Shown in pieces: positions 50,133 to 62,400 of a stretch of 64,000 nucleotides of DNA (positions are counted from its first letter, which is position 1; every line of letters starts with the position of its first letter). The stretch lies in assembly GCA_013239625.1 (NCBI GenBank), contig MU055864.1, forward strand, positions 6,307,083 to 6,371,082, written 5' to 3'. The DNA comes from Lama guanicoe. Lineage: Eukaryota. The notes beneath the pieces are model-generated. The model ran no database searches. It was not told the origin of the DNA and saw nothing but the letters and a program-made list of their open reading frames with translations. Made by a program: the position numbers and the translations under genes.

Positions 50133-50617
50133 TGTCAAGAACTGTGAAAGGTCTGAGATTTTACCCTGCTTACAGACTAATGATTTAGCCTGTCACAGTT
50201 TCGTGGATGCCGGCAGAAGACACAGACTCCTGGGTCCGAGACAGAGGACTTAATTACTCACAGCACGTCGGACAACATGAGCTTTGCATTTACATCAGTT
50301 GTGCTTCCCACTCCCTCCAAATTCTGAAGAGGCGATAAGGAGGTGGTCCTAGGTCTACAGTGTACACATGGTGGATTCATTCCCCAGATGAGGAACCCTG
50401 AGCTTAGTGAGCCCTCGACTTTATAAGGGACTGCTAGCAAATCTGCCCAATTTTTGCCCTGGAGGGAGACATCTTTACTACCCTGGGCAACAAGCAAATC
50501 TGCCCTCTACCCTGGAGGGAGACACTCTCTCTGTCTTCCAAGACGGTTTCCTCTATAAATGTCCTTGAAAAGACAGTCCTTACCTCTACAAAGGTTTTCA
50601 CAATTGTCTTTTCCAGA
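50133..50617 (-). mobile_element. ERVL-class solo LTR (MER76/MER54-like; subfamily uncertain)
   Basis: tgtcaagaactgtgaaaggtctgagattttaccctgctt...; internal duplicate agcaaatctgccc...ccctggagggagaca. Confidence 0.75.
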
Positions 50618-50727
50618 GTTTAAGGTTTCAGAATTGTAAAGCTTAGCTCAAGCAATAAAGGTTTTTTTTTCCCAAGCAATAAAGTGTTAATGCATGCTAA
50701 TTTAAAAAAAAGAGTTATTCTCCCCTA

Positions 50728-51212
50728 GATTTATTGAGATACAACTGACATGTAACATTATGTAAGTTTAAGGCATACAAAGTGATGGTTTGATACATGT
50801 ATATATTATGAAATGATTACCATGATACACCTGCGTCACCTCACACAATTACTTTTTGGTAGTGAGAACATTTAAGATTTACTTTCTTCGCAACTTTTAA
50901 ATATTTAGTGCAGTATCATTAACTATAATCACCATGCTGTACATTAGATCTCTGGAATTCATTTCTCTTATAACTAGGAGCTTGTACCCTTTGACAAACA
51001 TCATCCCGTTTCTCCCACCCCCAGCCTTTGCTAACCACCATGCTGCTCCCTGTATCTATGGTTTTGGCTTCTTTAGATTCCACATGTGAGGTCATACATA
51101 TTTGTCTTTCTCTGTCTGACTTGTTTCAGTTAGCATGATGCCCTCAAGGTCCATCCATGTGTCACAAACAGCAGGTTTTCCTTCTTTTTTTTTTACCGCT
51201 GAGTCATATATT
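50728..51212 (-). mobile_element. L1MA9-like 3' end
   Basis: tttattgagatacaactgac...gtgagaacatttaagatttact...caccatgctgtacattagatctc. Confidence 0.88.
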
Positions 51213-54200
51213 GTCAGGAATTACTGCTCTAGCCTTCCTTCCCGTTCTGAACCATAGCCAACCCTGGCTTAATAAAAATGCTTACTTTAAAAAGGAAGGC
51301 ACACAAAGAACTCTTATCTAAATAGACCCATATTTCCACCAATGTCCTCAGAGCAGAACCTTAAATCGTGTCTCCCATCCAGGAAGATGTATCTTTTCTT
51401 GAGTCATTACTGACAGAATGGGAATTGGAAGAGAATAAAAGTCCTATAATGATCTTGTCCTCACTGTGTTTGCACTTGTTATCAGACCTCAGGGTGGCTC
51501 AGGGGTCTACCCTCCTTCATCCTTCTCTGGACAAATTCCTGCCCACAGGTCTGATTTCTGTCCCAAGTGGCCTTGTCTGATGATAGTGGCCCTCCTTGGC
51601 CACTGACTAGACTGATCCACGGGTCCCACGAATGGTAGTCTTGCTTGAAAGTTATGTTGAGATAACCAGAGTCTATCTCTTAGAATTTGGGACTGTCTTA
51701 TGTATAAACCGGATACAGTTTATAACTATAAAGTTTATCTATACTTGTACACATATACATATACACACACATACATAGGGCCACTGGGTGGTGGACACTG
51801 GAAAGGAAAGGATTTGGGAGCTGAAGATTTGGGAACAGAGCAGCCATTACATGCAACACACAGGGGAGATGGAGAGAAACAGCCTGAGAGAGGGGGGACA
51901 TGAGGGAGCAAGAACAGAGGAGCTGCCTGGTTCCTGTCCTTCCAACATCTGAGGTTCAATTTCCCCTGAGTTTTTGAGATCCCTCCCTGAACTGACCTGA
52001 TTTCACCAGAGTGGGTTCCTTGTCTCTGAAACCTCTGTGCAAGCTTGACTTGGAGGCGGTCAGAAAGAGTCGTTGGTTTCAGCTACCACAGAGCAGGGCG
52101 TACAGGTTCAGAAAACCATTTAAAACGCAGGGGTCCAGATCCACACATGCAGCCAGAGGTTGAAATGATGAGATCTGAGTCCAAACCCTGCCCTTTGTGT
52201 CTCAGGGGTCCTTCCTAAGAAGATGGAATCTGGACTTTGCCTTGGCGTGAAAGCAGAAGGCTCACTGGAGCAAGAGGAATGGTAATTTCCAAGAAAAAGC
52301 CAAGTTCTAAGAGAGTGGATGGTTAAAGGTTTAGCTCCAGCAAGAAGACCTCACCACAGCACCCTCGGTAGCCGGGGGCCCTGGGGTGAGGGAGGGAAAT
52401 GGAGGGCCTGGCAGAGGGCCACATGAGCAGGGTTTGGACATAGGACCTGAGGACACTGCAGGGGAGGCTCTGAGGGCCCAGGAGGCAGGGAGGAACAAAG
52501 CAGTCATTGAAGGAACAATAAGGAATGTGGGACCAACAGGGAAGGATGGAAAGGGGGAAGTGGACCACGTACCTGGGGGAAGAGGCAGAGAGTCAGAGAC
52601 TGGCTTGAACACCAGGAAAAGAGAGAGAAAAGGACACAGAATTAGGGAACAGAGAAGAGGTCAGTTGGAGAGGAACAGTGGGGGCGGATGGACAGGGGCA
52701 GATACAGAAAGAGAGAGAAGACTCTCTGCTTCTGACATATTCTCATCAGTGACCTTGCTCCAGGTCATGGTATCTCCCCGTCTAGAGTGTCCTTGTTTTC
52801 TGATTGGTTAAAAAAAGAGCTACTCAAACCATCCCAGTCTATCTCAGAGGGAAGAAGTCAGGACCAGGGGAAGAACTGGTGGCAGAATGCTGCAGGCAGA
52901 GAAAACAGCATGTGCAAAGGCCCTGAGGGAGGAGGTGGGCGTGCAGGAGAGACCAGTGCAGCTGGAATGGGGGAGGGTAGTGTGAGGTGAGCCTGGAGGG
53001 CTGGGGGCCATGGATTCCACGTGAAAGACTCTGGTCTTTTTGGGAGGTAGCTGTGGACAAGTCCATAATGTCCTGACTCCTCTTTTCCATCATTTGTTTA
53101 TCTCTGCATGTCTGCTTCACCAGCTGCAAGTATAAAATACAGCTCCACCTCTTTTCTTTTTCCTATTAGTTGCTGGAGACCCCATATGTCAAATTGCTGA
53201 CATATAAAGCCCCACCTTGCCTTCAGGCATCCAAGAACCTCAAGGTCTTATTTGGTCCAAAGAGGAAACATTCTTCCAAATACCCCAGAGAGGATGATAA
53301 AGGCTAGTGAGCTCAGTCATGGTCTGTCACGGCCTCTGGTCACTGTTGAGCACTGGTCCACACATACAGACAACTGCGTGCTGCTGAGGGGGTGGGGAGT
53401 CTCCAGAGGGAGCATTGGACTTACCTTGCTCACACTCAGCCACTGGCTCGGGAGCTGACTCGGAGGTGACTGGGCCTGCCGGACCGTCTGCTTCTCCAGC
53501 CCCAACTCTTCACCATCAGGCCAATGCCCCTTTGGAACCCCTGGTGTCCCTTCTCCCAGAGGACTTCCCTTGGGTGCTCCTAATTCATCCTCCCGAGTGT
53601 TGAGCCTCCCAGGATGCTGCAGGGCTTCCCCGCAGTCTTGCCTTCCTTGCCTCCCAGCACTAGTTCTGCAGACCAAGGGCAACGGTGGAGCACAACTGTC
53701 AGGGCACAAATGACCCTGACCCGCTCCAGCCAACAGACACCAAGTGGCCTTACGTTCGTGAGACCAAACAACCCTTCCCAGGATATCCAGATCCATCCCA
53801 GGCCGCCTGCTCCCTCCATTTCCAGACACAGAAGATGGTGGCATTTGGAGTTTGTTTTCAAGTTTTCCCTCTCCCAGCACCTCATTATCATCATCACGTT
53901 ATTAATACAGAAAATAACGAAATCAGAAAATATCAGTAGAAAAACATTCCACGTTTCCAACCAAATACAGACATTTATACCAGCATATAAAACACAAAAC
54001 TCACAGTTGCCATGGGTGAATGTGCTCCCTAGAAGTGTGACCACTGCATTCTGTAAAGCCTTGTCAGACACGGTGGCCCACAGAGCAAACGACGGCTCTG
54101 GGCCCTGACACTGGGAGTCCCACTGTGAAAAGAAGTTTTACTGTGGAAACACTTACTCTGAATGAATGTTACTGGGGTGCATATCCTAAAACTTAATTTT

Positions 54201-54334
54201 TTAATAAAATAAAAAATCGGGATGTTTTTATTCTTTACTAATAGTAGTAAATACTTACAGAAAGCTGTAAGAGCTTTAAATATACATTTTTTCTATGTTT
54301 TCTTTGTCATTGAACTAGAAAGGCCCTAAAAACC

Positions 54335-54905
54335 TCTATATCCTTGTATCCAGAATATATAAAGAACTTTCAAAACACAGTAAGAGAATAAACAAACCAA
54401 TTAACAATAGGCAAAAGATTTGAATACACACTTCACCAAACAAGAGATAAAGATGGCCAAATAAGCACATGAAAAGATGTGAAGTCATTCACAAATGTAA
54501 ATTAAATTAAAGCCACAGTGAGACACTATGCATCTATTAGAATGGCTAAAAGCGAAATAAACATACAACTGACAATATCAGGTGCCGATGAGGATGTGGA
54601 GCAACTGGAACCCTCCTTCAGTGCTGACAGGAATGCAGCATAGTACAGCCACTTTGGAAAACAATTTTGCAGTTTCTTATAAATATATATTTACCATACG
54701 ATCCCATAATCCCACACCTGGGTACTTACTCAAGAGAAATGAAAACACATGTCCACACAAATTTTTATAGCAGCTTTATTTGTAACTGCCCCAAACTGGA
54801 AAGAATCCAAGTGTAGGTGACTACATAAACTGCGGTACGTCCATTAGTGGAATACTACTCGGCAATAAGAAGGAACTAACTGCTGATGCAGCCAACAACT
54901 TGGCT
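54335..54905 (+). mobile_element. Old L1 ORF2-end fragment
   Basis: cttgtatccagaatatataaagaact...ggcaaaagatttgaatacacacttcacc...tacagccactttggaaaaca. Confidence 0.85.
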
Positions 54906-56059
54906 GGAGTAGTGAGGTGGAGAGACCGAAAGTCAGACTCTCAACAGCCATGAGAAACCATGGTGGAGAAGGTCACAGAGGGTCACACCAGAGGTCACTT
55001 AGTCATCCATCCTCACTTGGAAATTTAGTAAATCCTTCTCTTTTTCAAACTTTGGGGAATATTGGGCTGTTTGACCAAGGGAGACAATGCCTTAGCAGGG
55101 GCTGCTGTGAGAGTGCTGGTCTGGGGTTTCTGCATCTGCGGCTCCCCTGTACCTCACAGACTGGCTTCAGTGACACTACCTGACATGCCTCTGCCCACTG
55201 CTGGCCCCACCCCTGCCCAATTTCAGTTGCCCATATATTTTTGGCAAGGCTTAGTAGTTGCATGGTAGTCTGCTTACCAGCATAGTCCTGGGGGGTCAGG
55301 AATTCCACAGATAACCCCTCCCCAGCAGCCTCCCTGGTGCTCTGGAGTAGAGTAATGTCCACAGTCTTCCCTAGCCCTGCAGGACATCCCTAGACTCTCT
55401 GGGACTCTCCAGCTACCTTCATCTCCTTTCTCAGGGATGCTCAGGGCCCAAACATCAAAAGTACACTAACTAAAAATGATGACTCATCCACTGAATGTTT
55501 AGGCTGTTGAATTCTTTATCCCTTCTCCCAAAAGGGGCCTATGCAACTCATGCCCAGAACATCCCATAGCTCCCCAAATTAGATGGCCAAAGGAAGTCAT
55601 CTGCCATCAGAGACCGTCAAAGAATAAACATTTCAAAACTATGCCTCTTCCAACAAAGACAGTACTCTTGCTCAAACTCACCCTTTGCCTGGTACCTACC
55701 ACAGTTTGTTGAATCAGCATAAAGGGTGAACACAACATCGTTTATTTGTTTATGTAGTTGGTGCCTCTACCCAAAGGATCTCACCAGTTTTCTTGACTTT
55801 ACAAATCCACACTTTTCCATGATCTGTGCCAGTGAAATGCAGTAGTACAGGAGACCCAGTTCCCCAAACATGGATATTTGGAAGGAATTTCAATATGTAA
55901 ATATGAATGTGAGGGTCTCTCACTTGTAAGAATTCACTGTACTCTGCATTAAAGGAATGTGGTCACTATGGAAGGAAGCACTTATTAGGCACTGGGAGAG
56001 GCCCCTCTCCTGCTCCCAGAGGCACTCTGCCCTGCACCATTTTATTATGAACAATGTCC

Positions 56060-56455
56060 CTGTGGTAGAGAGCTGGCAAGAAGGGCCCCAGTCTTCCCCT
56101 CCTTGTATCCACCACTCTCTCAATGTCACTCTGTAACTGTTTTCCCAGCCCTTGAATCTGGGCTGCCCTGTGTCTTGCTTTGGCCAACAGAATGGTTCTA
56201 CTGCTCTCTGGGAACCCAGACATCACTGTGAGAAGGTGGCCAGGCTAGTCTGCTGGGCATAGTGAGGGGCCATGTAGAGAGGGCTCAGTCTAGCCCAGCC
56301 AACCCCCAGCCAGCCAGCGAGCCTGCAGACTGCATGTGGGCTTGCTCACGCCTAAAGAACCAACCAAGCTCAGCCAACCCACAGAACTGGGAGCTAAATG
56401 AATGGCGGTTGTTTTCAACCACTGAGTTTTGGTGTAGCTTGTTACACAGCAAGAT
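56060..56455 (+). mobile_element. MLT1 (F/G/H-type) solo LTR
   Basis: cccttgaatctgggctgccctgtgtcttgctttggccaacagaatg...ccactgagttttggtgtagcttgttacacagcaa. Confidence 0.8.
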
Positions 56456-57958
56456 TGCCCTGCCATAGGGAGGTTCCAGTACTTCATATTCAAACTGCTC
56501 TCTGAGCTTACAGGTGGAGAAGAAATTAATTCTTCCTTCTTCAGATAGCTGAATTAAACGTGGATAGAAAACACTAGACTCCATTTCCCTTTCAACTCTC
56601 TTTTACTGCACAGCCAACTTGTGTTTTAAAGAATTTTCTTATGAGACTAACAGTAGATATAGCGTTAAAACAGGGCACTTTCTGTCCCAACTCTTGTTGA
56701 AGGTTCCATCCATGACACATAACCAACATTTGATACCACAGCACACCACAGAGATCAGAAAGAAGTCAGATCACCATTTCACAAAAAGCTTTGTTTAAAC
56801 AAATCAGGGGGAAAAAAACCTTTTATGGTCAAATATGGGTTTCACAATCTCTTTACCACATCCCCCAAACAGTTTTTCATCATTGTCTTCATTTCATTCT
56901 GTTTACATTTGTCATATACATCTCTATAGTACACAGACAACAGACCTATATTTGCTATATATTTCCTATCATTTAATTGTCTTTGGATCAATCTAGAATT
57001 AATAGGGAATCAGTATGAGAAAGAAGACCACCTTTTTCTGAAAGGAGATTCTTCTGTATTTATTTAGCACCTTTTAAGGAGCTCAAGATACCTTAACATT
57101 CACTGTAGCATCCTTTTGTCATCTCTAGGTAGGGGAAGTGTCGAAAATTATCATTAGTGCCTTTTTATGGGGAAAAAAAAAGAAAGTACAGAAAGGCAAA
57201 GTAGTATCAGTGAGACAATGACAGTCACAGTAGAAACTTGGGTCTTTAGCTCAGCCTTCTACTTTGCGAACTATACTTTGTTTAATATATTCCATATTAA
57301 GAGGTATAATGGTTTCTTCCATTTTTTAGCATCTCTCTTTGGATGGATGTTAACTAAAAGAGCAGCACAGACAGTAAATTCCCACCAGTGGGTCATCCTG
57401 GCAGTGCAGTTATTTCCTGCAGTTCTTCATGTCAGCCAAGGAGCCCCAAAAATTATAGAGCTACCTCTGGTCCTCCATTAAAAATCATCATCGACTGCTA
57501 CTATCCCATTGTTTCCAAGAGACAGGCAACCAACAGGGAGAAACCAGTGATCAGTGATCATTCCCTTCAGCTGATTTGTGGCCATTAAAGTCTGGACAGT
57601 GACAACTATTAGCACTCTTAAAAACCTAGCAGGTCTGCAAAATTAATTTTAATGTGCTTAGGTAATTTAACTTTAATATTTGAGGAGAACAAACACTCAC
57701 TGGCCACAACAGCTAGAACATCCCAGGTAATTCCTTTCAATCTAACTCAGGCTGTATGTTTCCTCACAAGAGCACTGACGCTAAGAGAAAAGCACCTCTA
57801 TGAGAAATTTTCTTAAGTTCACAATATAAGGATTTGGTTTTTAATTTAAATGGATGGAAAATAGCAGGAATATTTTCCACCTCTACAAAGCTAAATTATA
57901 GATACACAATTGCTTAGGAAGAAAATAAGGCCTCTTGCCTAAACACATTTATGCTGTC

Positions 57959-57964
57959 TTTATT
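57959..57964 (-). terminator. Candidate proximal poly(A) signal (AATAAA) for TNFRSF11A
   Basis: TTTATT on plus, ~1.2 kb past the stop, followed on minus by CA and tgtgttt. Further minus-strand AATAAA at 57059-57064, 56042-56047, 55741-55746 and 54227-54232. Confidence 0.35.
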
Positions 57965-58949
57965 TAGAATGAAAAAAATGCATAATAACATTTCAACTTC
58001 TTTCTTTCTTTCCTGAACTTCCCTGGCCCCTTCTTTTCACTTTGTGTGCGAGCCATCCCCTCATCCTCTTCATTTTCCACATCTCTTCCAGGGAAACACC
58101 AAGAGTAAGAATGCCAAGTGCAACAACTTGGATTTTTAGAGATTTAGTGACACAAGTGCCTGAATGCCTTTGCTGGAACGGGTACATACATTCACCCCGT
58201 GGGGATGAACCACTGGGTAAAGGAGGACGACGACAGATTGCCACTTAGAGCTGCCTAGAGACCGACACAAACTAACATTCAGGTGCAAAAATGGAGTTTC
58301 CTCTTTTTCACCCTTTAGAAAAATGAGAACTCAGAAAAATTTTCAAAAACGTAAAGTCCCTCCCCTGGTTCCCTGAGCCTCTCCCCAGGCTTCACATTTC
58401 TAGCCTTTTCCCAAAAGTGCTTAGTACAGACCCTCACTCTCCCAAGCCATCACCAAAACAGGCATCTACTTGTGAGAAGGGGTGCAAAAGAACATATGTA
58501 AAGAAGACCATCACCTCTAGGAGAACTTTCAGGAAAATCCTTAGGTTTCAAGGGAAAAAAGGAGAGCGGGCCAGGATCAAGAAAAATGTTATGAGAGAAA
58601 GAGAAATACAAATACAAATATGTTGGATGGGGAATACAGACCCAAATAGAATAGGACAAGCATAACGTCATGTGTCATAAAGAGACAAAAGATTGATGAA
58701 ATAATAATGGAGTGGAGCGGAGGTTAAAGGGAAAGGAGAAAAACCATAAAAGGAGGTAGAAAGTGGGGCAACTGAAGAGGGCAAAGTGGATCTGTGCAAT
58801 TAGCTGATACACGACTGTGGATGTCAGTGAGTAGTAATAACAAGTGTACTTTTTTAAAAAAAAAGTCCCCGATTCTATTTAGAGCAAGGTGGATAGAGAA
58901 CGCCAGGTCATTGGACTCAGATGTACCGAATGGAGGGGCATAAAGGCTC

Positions 58950-59465
58950 AGATCGTGGCCGCCGCCCCGCCCCCCAGCCCAGGCCCCGCGCAGGAGCAGG
59001 TGCGCAGCGGGCGCCGCCAGGTGGCATCGCGGCTCCGGACGTGCGCGGCGCAGAGGGCTGGCGGGAAGCCCCGCACCGCAGGTCGGCGCCCGCCCGGCGG
59101 CATCACGGCTCCGACGGGCGCGGTGAACCGCAGTGGGTCCCCGCCCTCTCAGCGCCGCGCCCCGGGCGCGCCCGTCTCGGCCTCCCCCTGCTCCTGCACG
59201 GGCCGCGAGGCCTTGTCAGGCCCGGGGACGCCGCGCTCCTGCAGCCCCGGGCCCACCTCGAGGCCGGTGCACGTGTCCGGGAAGCGCGGCCCGAGGCCGG
59301 CAAAGGAGTCGCAGCACGGCGGGCTCTCCTCCTGCACCGGGCGGCCCACCGGCTCCCCGGCGCCGCCGCCCGTGCCCGCCGGGCCCTCCTGCGAGTTCTG
59401 ACTGACGTAGACCACGATGATGTCGCCCTTGAAATTCATCACCTGCCCGCTGGAAATAAACGTGG
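58950..59465. promoter_or_regulatory. CpG island over the TNFRSF11A terminal exon and proximal 3' UTR
   Basis: Very GC- and CpG-rich block in a CpG-depleted background. Confidence 0.85.
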
Positions 59466-59489
59466 AGTTACTGTTTCCAGTCACATTTC
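59149..59489 (-). CDS. TNFRSF11A: Terminal coding exon of TNF receptor superfamily member 11A (RANK), cytoplasmic C-terminus
   Basis: Translates to (G)[35 protein letters not shown]...RPVQEES...[18 protein letters not shown], matching the RANK highly conserved region. IVVY at 59407-59418; TRAF-binding PVQEE(S/T) at 59323-59340 and PVQEQG at 59185-59202. Phase-1 acceptor: pyrimidine tract then ttgtag|GAAATGTG, with AG at 59491-59490. Confidence 0.97.
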
Positions 59490-62400
59490 CTACAAGGGGA
59501 GAGGAAGAGAGAACAGGCAGAGGGTGAGTCATCAATTCTGGGCAAGAACTTGGGTCTTGTGAGGGGGAAGTTTCCCAGTGCATCGAGGGGCGCTGGCGCC
59601 CCAGCTGTCTAACAGGCGGCCCCTCCTCACCCACGTCTCCAAAAATGCATCAGGCACTCCCGGTAGTTCATTTGTCATCTCACTGGGCCTGACTGAAGCC
59701 GAAGAAGGAGGAAGGGAGTGAGAAAGAAGACAAGGGAAGGGAAGCAAGCAGTGGGCCACACTCCAGTTTTGTCGTTGGCCACGCGGAGTTCAGGGAACAC
59801 TGGCAGGAGAGCACACCCGGATTTCAGAATCAAGACGGGATTCAGATGTTGCAGAGGGTGCGCGCGAGTGATGGATACGCAGGAAACACAGATAGTGGCG
59901 CAGCAATGGTGAGATGTATCAAGAAGGGATGCAAAAGCCGGAGGGAAGGTGGTTGTTAATAGAACCCAGCAGCCCACCTCAGCCCGGCCTTCCCTCTGAC
60001 CACACTCATTCAGGTCTTTTCACCCTCCCTGAAGAGGTCCCTAAGCTCTGCCGGGAGGTTCATAGGGCCACCTAGGCTCAGTATTTAGCAGAAGTCAGTC
60101 AATTTCCTTAGCATTAAAAAGCAAACAAAAAACTCCTGGAAAAAAAGAGATTCAGGAAACTAAAATGGAAAAAACCCAACCAACCAAAAACAATCTTATA
60201 AATCACTCTTTCCTTCTGAAGTGGGGGGAGGGGTGTTCCTCCCTCAGGGGTTCTATCATCACTTTTTGTGGGTGACTGGACTTGGCCAGTCTTTAATTAG
60301 TGGGTCTTTTGAAAAACAAATAGTTCAACAATGTTAGGAAACCTACTACCTCTTATTCTTCTGTTGTAAAGACTGATGCTCCAGCAATGACTCAGGCAAA
60401 AATAAGTGCCACAAACCCAGCAGATGCAGAAAAGCCCCAACACTCAGCATCACCACCAGGACCTTTCAGTCTGACCAGGGAAGGTGAACATCAAAACAGT
60501 TCCTCACTGTTAACTTCATCTTTTTTTCTCCTCTATTGTGAAGTTTAATAATTCATACAAATGAAATCATTTCTGTCACTATTCCCCATGAAGAGATTTC
60601 CCCCAAATGTGGAATGCAGTTTTTAGATAGTCTGACTAAAATGCCAACAGCATCCAGGAAATTCCAGGAGCCTTCCCTGCACCCACAGGGGACCTGTAGA
60701 GATGCTGAGACGGGCACAGTGGCCGATGAAAGCACAGGGATTTCATTGGAAAGAGATTTCAAATATAGGCAACAAATTGAAATTCACGGGGAGGATCTGT
60801 GACTCATGCTATTCCTCCCCTAGAGCTGTATTTGGTATATTCCTAGACGGGCAGTGGCTGGGCTCTTTTGGCTATTAAGTCCCTTAAGCAGCTTGGGCAA
60901 GGCCAGCTAGTATTCCAGTCACCAGCTAGCCAGACTGACCCGTATTCTCCATTCCCTCTAAAAGCCACACTGACAGGTGCCCATAACACCAGCATTCTCC
61001 AAGCTAGGTGTTTATTCTCTAGCATGCCTGTGTCTTTCTGCCCCTACCAGTTACCAAGTTCGTTCTTGAGTCTGTTTGTAACCAACTCATAAGGAAATCT
61101 AATTAAATACAAGCGGATCTCGTTTTCTTGCTCTTGGGTTTACTGTGCTTCGAAGATACTGAGTTTTTTTTTCAAGTTGAAGGTTTGTGGTAACCCTGCA
61201 TTGCATTGTCAGATGATGGTTAGCATTTTTTTTAGTAATAAAGTATTTTTAAGTTAAAGTACGTACATTTTTTTTTAGACATAATGCTGTTGCACACTTA
61301 ATAGACTACAGTGTAGTGTAAACATAACTTTATGTGTACTGGGAAACCCCCAAAATTCATGTGACTGGCTTTGTTGTGATATGTGCCGTATTGTGGTGGT
61401 CTGGAACAGAACTTGCAATATCTCTAAGGTCTGCCCGTGTCTTTTTATAAAGTTGTGAAATGTAAGTGTGAGAAAAAAAGAAATGTTTCTATGAATACTA
61501 AAGTAAAGGCTTTGCAAGGACCAAATAAATGTGAGCCACTGAACATAAAACAGGAGACATCAACAATGTACTGAACCAGTGTGTGTGGTGGCAACTGTTA
61601 AAACACAAAAAGGAGACTTTGAAAATGCAGAGTGGATGTGGCACTCAAATTTGTTCTTCAAATGTCTATAACTCCTCATTCCACACTAAAGAAATAGAAA
61701 CTGGAAATTAAGAAGGTATGGTTAATGTAAAAAAGGCTCAGGAAACTACAATCAGCCAACACATATGTCCCTATGCTGAAAAATAATCAACGTTGATGTG
61801 AGTCACATGTTTTACGTTTAAAAAGGTGTTTAAGATATGAACTTTAAATGACTTTTTCAAGCAACACAGTAACTACTAACGAAGAGCTGTAGCCGCAGCA
61901 GAAAGAGTGAGCAGAGTGACTTGCAAGTCCTCGGGGTGGAGGGATCTCTCGCGAGTAATAGAAAAAGTCAAAGCGAAAAATCAAAAGTAACACATCTATA
62001 CCATAAACATTCTATTCCAATTGAAAACATACCATGTGTACTTAATCAAAGCAGCAATTTTAAGTTGCTTTAAAGTGTGATTTTTTTCCCCTTGGTATAT
62101 AATTCCTCTACCTTTTTATTATTACAGCATTGGTTCTGTTGTCCTACAGTATCATGTAAACTTGCACAAAAGGCATGGCTAGCCACTGCATGATTGATTT
62201 ATGGCCTGGAATTTAATATCTTCATATAGCTTTATCTGTTTATGTCATGGTATATATAATTTCTCCATCATTTAAAATTTTATTTTGCAACAAGTCATCA
62301 TCGTGAATCCACTGTTGCGTACCCTCTCCCTTGTCAGAATCTTGAATTTGTCTGAACTTAGGTAAAAACCTTTTTTTTTTTTAACCATCATCTTACACAT

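Noticed and set aside
52323-54108. Cluster of 140-187 aa ORFs
   Set aside because: No domain or splice structure seen; explained by purine-rich or GC-rich composition.
58889-59562. Long plus-strand ORFs (170 and 213 aa) antisense to RANK
   Set aside because: Shadow ORFs of a GC-rich exon, low-complexity Arg/Pro/Gly/Ala, no recognisable domain.
59490-59634. In-frame 5' extension of the RANK ORF (MGEEGPP...)
   Set aside because: GTG start, runs through the pyrimidine tract and acceptor; intronic.
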